A stretch of 64,000 nucleotides of DNA from Macrostomum lignano (Eukaryota): assembly GCA_002269645.1 (NCBI GenBank), contig NIVC01000874.1:124001-188000 (forward strand), in the 5' to 3' direction. The notes under the pieces are model-generated. The model saw only the letters and a list, made by a program, of their open reading frames with translations. It was not told the DNA's origin and searched no databases. Within the stretch, counting starts at the first letter, position 1; every line of letters begins with the position of its first letter. Position numbers and translations under genes: made by a program. Shown in pieces: positions 23,101 through 32,100 of the stretch.

Positions 23101-26100
23101 AGATAAAGACTGAGAACTCAGATGTCAATAATCACTGTCAGTTTTAGAAAAGTTAAGAACAGTTCATTCAGTCACGGCTTCTAGCAAAATCAGGTTCTCA
23201 ACCGGTCGGCGAGTCAAGCATCTCCTGGGTCCGCGGCCTGGCTTTTGCGCGACTCGAACTGTTGCCGATCTCACTGCTCCGTCTCGTCCCGGATGCACCG
23301 CCTCGATAATGCCAGTACACCAGGTAAGCCTCCGTTGGCCAGCTTCGCCTTTCACCAGGACGATGTCACCGACCGTCGCCTCTCGGATCACGCCATGCTT
23401 GGGATTGAGCCGATGTTCACGCAGGCTGGTCAGATATTGCCGCTCCCAGCAGTCCCAGAAGGCGTGAAGTCTGGCGCGCATTCGCTTAAGCAGTTTTGGC
23501 AACGGTAGCAGAAGATCTGGTGCGCAACTAGAAGTAGGCTCCGCCGCCAGCCGCTGCAACACCAGGAAGTGTGCCGGTGTCAGAACTTCTCTTTCGGGTT
23601 CGGCATCCACGTAGAGCAGAGGGCGGCTGTTGAGCACCGCCTCTACTCTACTTCCATGAGCACAGTCAGCAGTTCATCCAGTGTGAGACTGGAATTTAGG
23701 AGGGTCTTGCGCAGTGCCAGTTTTATATCCTTCATCAGTCTCTCCTTGAAGCCTCCTTGCCAAGGAGCGCGTTCGGTGATGAACTGCCAGGTGATCTTTC
23801 GTGTGGCGCAGAACTCTTGGACCTTTTGACTCTCTGATGCTTGCAATATCCGCGCGGCTTTGGCGAATGTCTTAGCGTTATCGCTGATGAGACTAGGGAT
23901 ACCTCTCCCGCATAGAATCTCCTTAGGGCTCTTAAGAAGGTTTCAGTTGTTAGATCATTCACCAGTTCTTGATGAAGCGCTCGCGTTGCTGCGCAGGTGA
24001 ACACCAAGATGTAGCCCTTCTCGACAGCAGTGTCCTCTCTCAGCTTGACCGGACCACAGTAGTCGAGCCCGCTCCACTCAAACGCTCTCATTGCTTTCAC
24101 GCGAGATTCTGGCAACGCAGGAACTTGCTTCACAGCAAACGGGAGCCCCTGAAGACGCCTGCAGACGACGCATTTTCCAGGAATTGCCAGTAGTAGGAAA
24201 ATGGTACGGTCTGGCCCACGTCGCTGATTGGCTGGCCAATCAGCGAGGGGGAGCCAATCAGCGATGAGGAGGCCCCGGAGGCGGGGCGGGACAGGCCGGA
24301 GGTGGGAGTGGAGCAAGCCCAGTAGTGGGGTCGGGCAGGCCGGATTAGGGGGTCGAGCAAGCCTAGGAGTGGGGTCGAGAGCAGGCCCAGGGGTGGGGTC
24401 GAGCAGGCCAAGGTGGGGTCGGGCAGGTGGGATGAGGGGTCGAGCAAGCCAAGGGGTGGGGTCGAGCAGGCCCAGAGGTGGGGAGCAGGCCAGATGAGGG
24501 GTTGGGTAGCTGAGTGTCTGGCTGAGTGTCCAAGGGTAAGTTGACTGAGTGTCCAAGGTGGGTATCGAGATGTGAATGAGTGTCCACTGGGGAGTGTCCT
24601 CTACCGCGTGTGGTGACATGCAAGACAGAGTTTCAATGTGATCGGTCAACGGGTAGAGGGTCCGATTGCGAATTTCCAAGTAGAGAGGGGTAGAGATTCT
24701 ATTGGTCGAGAAAGCATTTGAAGTGATTTCCCCGGAATTTCCGAGTATAATTTGGGGAAGGGATTCTATTGGTTCTAGAGGTCCCTGGTGCACAATTTGA
24801 TTGGTCAACACACCCCGCGAGAGAAGGGGTCCAGTACCCTTTATAAGCAAAGCATCTTGCGCTCGCTAAGCTTCATGCAATTTTTAAAACGATTTCTGAT
24901 GGCGTTCAAAGAGCTACTACATGGTTATTGCATCAGCCTGGTGCCGGACACACGGACCATCAGTATTAGAAAGTGGTTCAAGTCTGGCGAGGATCATCGG
25001 CCAGGTCTGCCCGGCATGGAGCTCACCATTCATCAATTCCGATACCTGGCCAGCTTGAAAGAGCGCTTGGAAGAATTCTCTGACAGGAAACTCGATGCGC
25101 AATGCCTTCTGGGTGGCAACAGACAAGTGGTGGTCAAAGATAGTGCAATCTCACTCTGGCGCCTTCCAACAGTGCTCGGCTCCGTGCTGCACTTGAGACA
25201 TGCCCTGCCGCTACCAACTGAGCAATGGCGACAGCTGTGGCAACACAGGCTATGGATATTGGAAGAACTCGAAAGACCCGCCAACCCGTGGTGGCTCGGA
25301 AACTACCCCTCGGAGCCCGAAGAGTGCGCGGAGTGGGCGTCGAAACTCTCGATGGACCAGCTGGCGACGTGGCCAGAGACGCAGCCAGCAGAGTGGGATG
25401 ACCATTGGGAGGCATGGCAGGCAGTCCAGACCGAGTTCCACAAACGCTATGTGCCATCAGCGGAGCCCAGCCAGCAGGACCCGCGGGAAAGGTCGTCATA
25501 GAGGTGATAGTCTTGATGCGAATCTTGGGCAGACTGGTCAATCGCAAGAAGCATTTTTATTGGTCAGCAGACCCGAGTCAGATATTTTGAGAATCTTGAC
25601 TTTTGTCCAGATGGTCCGATTTTCGAGTGAGTGGGTTTCTATTGGTTAGAAAACTTTGGTGTCGGTGCAATGAGGCCCAAAATCTATATAATCAAGGCGC
25701 CTGGGCTATTTGAGGCTCAGTTAGTGTACCTTTATGACTATACAAAATTTAAGCTGTTAATTTACCATGGCTCACCAATATCAGATAAATCAGATAAAGA
25801 AAATTATTCAATGCGGTATTTGCCTGAACGAATGTTCGGATCCACGGGCACTACCTTGCCTGCACACCTTCTGTGCTCACTGCATTCATGGCTTGCCGCG
25901 AACTCAGCAGATAATGATTAACTGTCCAATGTGTAGGAGGCTTTGCGAACTGTCTGATCCGGCAGCTTTGCCAAAAAGCTTTTACTTTGAACAGCTTAAG
26001 ACAGTTGTCGCAACTTTTAACTTACAACCATCGACGTTGCCAGCAAGGGAACATGCTGGTTTTGGTCAATCACCAAAATATATAGTGGAGATATTAGGGT

Positions 26101-29100
26101 GATGGAGATTATCTCCCCTAATCACTTCTACTGCATCCTACCAGAAACTCCGCCAACACAGTTTCTACCTACGGAACTTTCGGGTCTGCTCAGTCTAGCA
26201 GAATCCGACGACGTTGGGGTAAACGAGATGTATGTTGGCCGCTTTTCCCGTGCGCTATGTCACAACGTCGACCGGTATTACCGCATGCGGATTCTAAGCA
26301 TAAATGTGAGCACTAACACTGCCACGGTGCTGCTAGTCGACTATGGTCAGATCGATCACTCGAAACCCATGTCTGAGATCTACCGGCTAAAAGTCCTCGA
26401 TCCTATCACGGCAATGCTAATGAAGCACCGGAACGCGCGATACGCTGCCACCTTCGCAGCATTAGCGCCTGCCCGCCGTAGGCAACTAATGACGCGGCCT
26501 GCTCTGGACCACTCCTAGGATTGATCGACCCCCTAATCCGGCCTGCCCGACCCCACTACTGGGCTTGCCCCACCCCTACCTCCGGCCTGCCCCGCCCCGC
26601 CTCCGGGGCCTCCTCATCGCTGATTGGCTCCCCCTCGCTGATTGGCCAGCCAATCAGCGACGTGGGCCTGACCGTACCATTTTCCTACTACTATTGCCTT
26701 CACTCGTTGCCTACCACGGATAAGCCAAAACTTCTCACGCAGTTTGCAAAGGGTGCTTGGAACTCCCCCGTGCAGAACTTTGCTGTGTGCGTCTCGGATG
26801 AGGAGAACTTCTAGATGAGTCTTGTTCGGGATAAGGATGGGGCAATCAGCAGCTGCACCAACGTTTGACTCTCTCAATCGACCCCAACTTCGGAGCAGAC
26901 CTTTGTTGTCGAGGAAGAGATTCAGCTGCTTTGCGAGATCCATAGATGCTGTCGAACTTTCAAAGTGAGCAATCTCAGCATGGAAACTCCTTCGTTGTAC
27001 CTCTTTCAGCCAACGCTCCTCTGCTTCTGACACTTCTGCAGCTGTCAGAGTTCCTGCTCGCTCCTCCCCCGCTGCGGAAGTTCGAACTTGCAGGCTCTTG
27101 ACAAATCAAAAGACGTAAGCCGTCACCCTAATGAGCTTGGTCCAGGAGGAGAAATCCGAATCTGGTATAACTCGATGCAGTCCCAAGTCCGGAACAACAT
27201 CAGTGAGTAGGACGATTGATTTGTCTGCGGATGACTTCTGCTCCTCGTCTGCCGTTGCTGAGGTTAAATTGAGAAAGGATTGGTTAGGCCAGCTTTCTGG
27301 ACTGCTTGTTCCGCGGCGGCTCGAACTGAAGCGCACACCTCCGCGTACTCGGCACCTCCATGCTTGCCGCTCAGCGCAGTGATGAAAGCGCTAGCAAAGC
27401 GGCTGTGCTTGTTGGCGTCACTGAGCGCGTGGTAGTAGCGCCGCGGTGGCCGCTTCGGCGAACGGTAGAGCGGATCACGAAGACGAAGGTCGCAGACGAG
27501 GAGTCGATAATCGGACCGCAGAGCCAGAGGCGTGCGTGATGGCGCGGCAATTGATGACGCGGCGGCGCTCGCGGAAGCGCACCAGCACATGATCGAGCTG
27601 TGCCTGCCTCCGTGTTGCGTTCCGGCCTCACGCATTCCGCCGCCTGCGCTTGTAGCCCACAAAAGTTGCGAGCTTGCCCAGCGGCTTGCGGAAACAGGTG
27701 TTGGTCGACACCATGTCCTGCCTCTCTAGGAAGTCCTCCAGCGCTCCGGTTTTGTCGCTCTCACGCAGTGTGACGAACAGTGACCGCTCGGACCTACGCA
27801 AAACCACGTTAAGGTCACAAAGGATTATCACTGGGTCACGCTGCGCCGTTGCCTCCTCCACCTGTACCGAAAGCTGCTCGAAGAAGTCTTGAGCCTCATC
27901 AGGACGGGTGGAAGGGGGCGCATACGCGCAGAACAGGCGAGCGTTCCGGCCTCGAAGCCGGACGTCGACCCAAAGCAGCTGAGGGGACAGAGAGACGCAG
28001 CGACAGCTCTGCTACAGCCTCGGTCCGACCAGCGCTCCAACTCCTCCACGACCTCGTTGGTCCGCCAATGTGTAGTAGAGGGTCCATCCGGCGCCCAGAT
28101 CCTCACAGTGAAGCCCGGATCAGCCTTGATAGACACCTTCTGCAGTGCGATGACGTCACAGCTTAGGTCGAGCGCCAGCTTTGCCAGAGCCCCTCTCCAC
28201 CAGGCAGCCTTGAGCGTGCGGTAGTTCAGCGTCCCAACCCAAAGCGTGCCCTGTGGTACGGCTGGGGCTCGATGTAGATAAGCCTCTCGGTCCCAGGCCC
28301 CAGAAGATCCGTATGGGCCAGCGCGGCAGCAGCTCGACGGGCATCACCATGTCGCCAACCGCGCCGATTTCGCTCACGCCGATGCTCAACACGCTGACGC
28401 TCGCTCCGCTGCCCTCGCTTCGTCCTGCCGCTGTTGGCTGTCGCAACATTTAAGCGCGGCTCATCGCCTTGACGACTCGGAGGTCGCGGCATTTACTTGC
28501 ACCAAGGTGCAAATAAATTAGGACGTGCAAATAAATAAAGACATATTTGGTGGCCATCTTCATGTTCAAGGAGCGGCTCGAGAACAACCGATCACCCTAA
28601 ATCTGGAAAACAGCGCGGCGGTGGTAACGCAGCCATCATGACCCTGCTGCAAACTTGCAAACTGCCACTCTTGCTGCACTCAAGGACAACATCAGCTTCT
28701 GTGAGTTTTACATGCAGGGTGCCTGGCAGCTGCTCAGTGACCCGCTCTCACGGGCGCTCACCCACCTTCGGCATTTTCTACTCTTTCTGGTGCAATTCTA
28801 CGGCACCCAGCCTTGGTCTGTGGAGGACAAGACTCCTGCTGCCTTAGCTACCGCGTCGCTGATCAATTGGATGTGCAACTTTGGCAGTGCGTTAACAGTA
28901 TTTTTTTCTGCCTTTTTATTTTTTAGGTTTAGGGTTGCTACCGTCCCCTTTCGTGCCAATGCTGCTCTTGTACTCGTATTTTAGGTTTAAAATGTAAAGC
29001 AATTATCTACCGTGATATGAACGACCCAAAGGTGACCTACGAGAGCATTCTCGGATGATGGCAAATCGCGGGACTAAAAACTTAAGTTGAATTTACTTTT

Positions 29101-32100
29101 CAATCCATTCTGGATCCCCAACCCTCTGAGCCAAGATGGCTTATAAAATAATATAATAAAATAATATAGGTAAAGTGCGGGTCTCACGCCGGCAGAAGAC
29201 AAGAACTCCAACGGAGCTGTTCAGAACCTCGTTGCTGAAGGCATGGAAGTCTCTCTCGGGCTTCTTGGTCAGGACGAACTGCTGCCCGCTCTGCCGGACA
29301 TAGTTGCAGCCGGCCACGAAAGAGCCGTCAAGGCACCTCTTCACCGCTTCGAACAAGGAGACGTTCTCTGGCGTGGAGCCGGCCACCTCGTGCGAGCTAG
29401 TGGGGTAGTAGCGGTCCAGTGTGGGCAGGAAGTACGGCTCATCGCAGCTGCGGTTCCACCTTCGGGCTGAGGAAAGTAGAGTGGCGGGTGTTTTAGCTCG
29501 TGAAAATTACCAGTAGAAGACGTTCTCGGTGATCTGAGAGATTCCGAGATGCACTAATAACGCGTATCGCGTGTTTCAGGCCTCACCGGCAGTGACCTCG
29601 CAAATGACGTGGGCGGAAATGGTCGAGTTGGCGGAGCCCCACCAGCTCATGCGGCTCAGGTTGGCCAGCGCCAAGGTGTGCTCCGGCTGGCTCTGGAACG
29701 GCTCCCAGAAGCTCCACTTTATTTTTGCGGAGGGGCTGCCCTCGATCGCCCAGCCGCTGCCGTCCCTGACCAGGCCCAGGTGGACCATGAACTCGCTGGT
29801 CAGGGACCCAGCGAACTGCAAGGCCGCCATGGAGACGATGATGTTGTCCTCGAAGGAGCGCGGCAGGAATAGGCGGCCTCTGTCCATCCAGCGGATTCCG
29901 GCGCAAAGCTGCTGGCCCAGGACGCGGTGCTGCGGCGGCTGCTTGGCGGCGAAGTAGCATTGGCCGTTGAAGTAGAAGGACGAGGCGGGGCATTCTGTGG
30001 GGTGGTTGGGACCAGCACATAATTTTAATCAGCCGGCAGCTTTGAGAAAGAACAAGGCAGACAGGCCAGAGGCAGAATGCGCTGGATTTTGCCTTGACTT
30101 TCATCGAAGATTCTGGAGAACCCATAGCCGCTGAAAACTGTCCTCTCAGCTAACGCTGACTGCATCAGTTCAAGGTTTTTGAGTAGCCTTGCAGCTCCCT
30201 TTACATTTTTCCACCAAATTTTTCTGTTGCATTGTCGCTTCTTAGCCTCAGGCTTGAGAAGAGTCTTGGCATCGTCCCCTCGCCTCCGGCCCCCTCGTCG
30301 ATCGGTTCAGACCGGTGGGACTTCTGGGGGGGGACCACTCACGAAATGGGAGAAATAATGAAAGAAAAGGAAGAGGGGTTGGGAGCGCAATGATGCGTGA
30401 AGCGAAAGAAGACAATTGAGCTGGAAGATGGGCCCTCCTCTCCTCTAGGCAGGGCCTTTCATTCAGACCAATTCAGTGCTTCTGCAGCACAGGCAAGCAG
30501 GCCACTAATTGCCATAAGGCGTGTGACTGTCAGCGACTGCCAGCTCCAGCTTCCCAGTGCCTAAGAGACGGTGCTGTGCATCCATCAAAACAACTTTGCT
30601 ATGAGCTGCCGCGCCGTGCGGCAACGCAGCGCCACGGTTGGATGACGTGCGCTTGCAAGAATAGCTTACTTCAGAATGTCGCTCTGTTTCAGTAGGAAAA
30701 CTTCTAGAATTTTCCATAAGCTTTTCTCTCCAGTCCGTGAATCTAAAAATAGACTGTCGGTAGCTCACATCAATTAGCCAGTTCGGGAGAGAAACCCCGC
30801 TCTGCTGAAGCACCGATGTTTAGTTAAATCAGAGACTTTTCAAAAAAGCAAGAAAACACGAAATGGAGTGGTTATTTTTCCCATGATGTTTCCATTAAAT
30901 ACCCCTGTTTTGCCAGCAAGTGCTCTTCCACTAATTAATTACTTCTAGCATGGTGGTAGAAGCGAGTTTTCGTAGTTTCGGCTGCAATCCGCAATAAATG
31001 TAGTGGCACAGTGGCGCACATCATAAGGCTCAGACTGGCAGAAGCTTGCGATGGAGAGAAAATCTTAGGAGCGCTACACAAGGTAAGCTGGGCTGACGCC
31101 CCCGACTGCTGGCAATCCGCGCGGCTATCCCCTGTCCTTCCCCCGCCCTCAGCAGGGCTTGGACTCAACCGCATGTCCTTCTCTAGCCATGGCTGTTTTG
31201 CCAGGCATCGCAACCTCCAGGAAGCAATCCGTAGTGAAGAATGCCCATTCTGCCTCTCCCGAGTTGAGAATGCGGAGCACTTCATCTGTGAATGTCTCAG
31301 GACAGGCTCACAAACCCGGACCTCTCCGACGTTTTCAGAAATGAGAGCCTCTGAAAGCTCATCGGCTCCCTAAGGGCTACCGGACGAGCGACCATCCAAC
31401 TCTTGGAGGACCGCGCTGCAGACACCGCTCCACCGGATCTGCCCGTAGTCGCCAGGGGTCAGCGGAATGAGCGGGAAGGCCCCCCGCCGCTGCATCCGGA
31501 TGCCCGGAACCCCCTGTACGCTCAAAAGTTTATCAAGCTAAATTTTCATCAAATGCTTTCGGAGACCAAGCAAAGAGCAAGCAAAGTTCTAGACAAATTC
31601 TGTTGTTCCTATCGGCTTTGCGTATTTTTAGATGGACAGAATCAATGAAGGTATGATAGGTTGCTAGATTAAACACATGAGATGAAAAGACCCCGAATGT
31701 CAAAGATTGCTCAAATCAATGTACAGTTTGTTCAAACCATTTTAAAATTGATCCCGCAAATTTTTGACCCGTGGAATTGCTGCTGGTAACGGAAACCAGA
31801 TTGGTAACTATTGAAAAACGGGATTTTACACAAATAGGAAATTTCGCAGTTCGGCCGTGCAACCTACCGTCTGCCAGGCAGCCATGAAGTTTGAAGGTCA
31901 CATTTTCGCAGTCTCTGTTTTGAAAGTAGACTCTGAATCTCGCCGCGTTGATAGTACCGTTCAAGGCGTACATTGTGCCGGCCTCGTCCTCTGGGTCGAT
32001 TGTTAAGATCTGTCAATTTGAAATGGCGCGCATAAGGCGTGAAAAAGTAATTGCCATCATTTTGAATTGCTCGCATTGAGAACAGAGCAACTCACCAGGT

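Larger units (their letters stand above)
24189..26692 (+). mobile_element. Non-autonomous Polinton/Maverick-like element, 2504 bp
   Basis: Termini 5'-AGTAGTAGG...CCTACTACT-3'; ~190-bp near-perfect TIRs (24189-~24380 and ~26500-26692); exact 6-bp TSD ATTGCC (24183-24188 and 26693-26698). Removing the element restores the BEL integrase frame R-V-K-A-I-P-G-K-C-V-V-C. Confidence 0.88.
22862..27305 (-). mobile_element. Decayed BEL/Pao LTR retrotransposon 3' half (integrase and C-terminal tail), split by the Polinton-like insertion
   Basis: ESWPN...SSWTKLIRVTAYV; GLLRSWGRL...PILIP...DAHSKVLHGG...LREKFWLIRGR | KCVVCRR...GLDYCGP...FTCAATRALH.EL; WQFITERAPWQGGF.ER; LNSRPL...LTPAHFL...FWDCWERQYL...GRDGAVRSATV. 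Confidence 0.93.

Noticed and set aside
23735-24850. 371-aa minus-strand ORF as a novel gene
   Set aside because: It is a chimera of antisense TIR and GC-rich repeats read into the BEL integrase.
26010-26100. Programmed -1 ribosomal frameshift joining RING and Tudor
   Set aside because: The only slippery-looking run (TTTTAAC) puts a TAA in the -1 frame, and no X XXY YYZ heptamer was seen in the 26021-26100 overlap.
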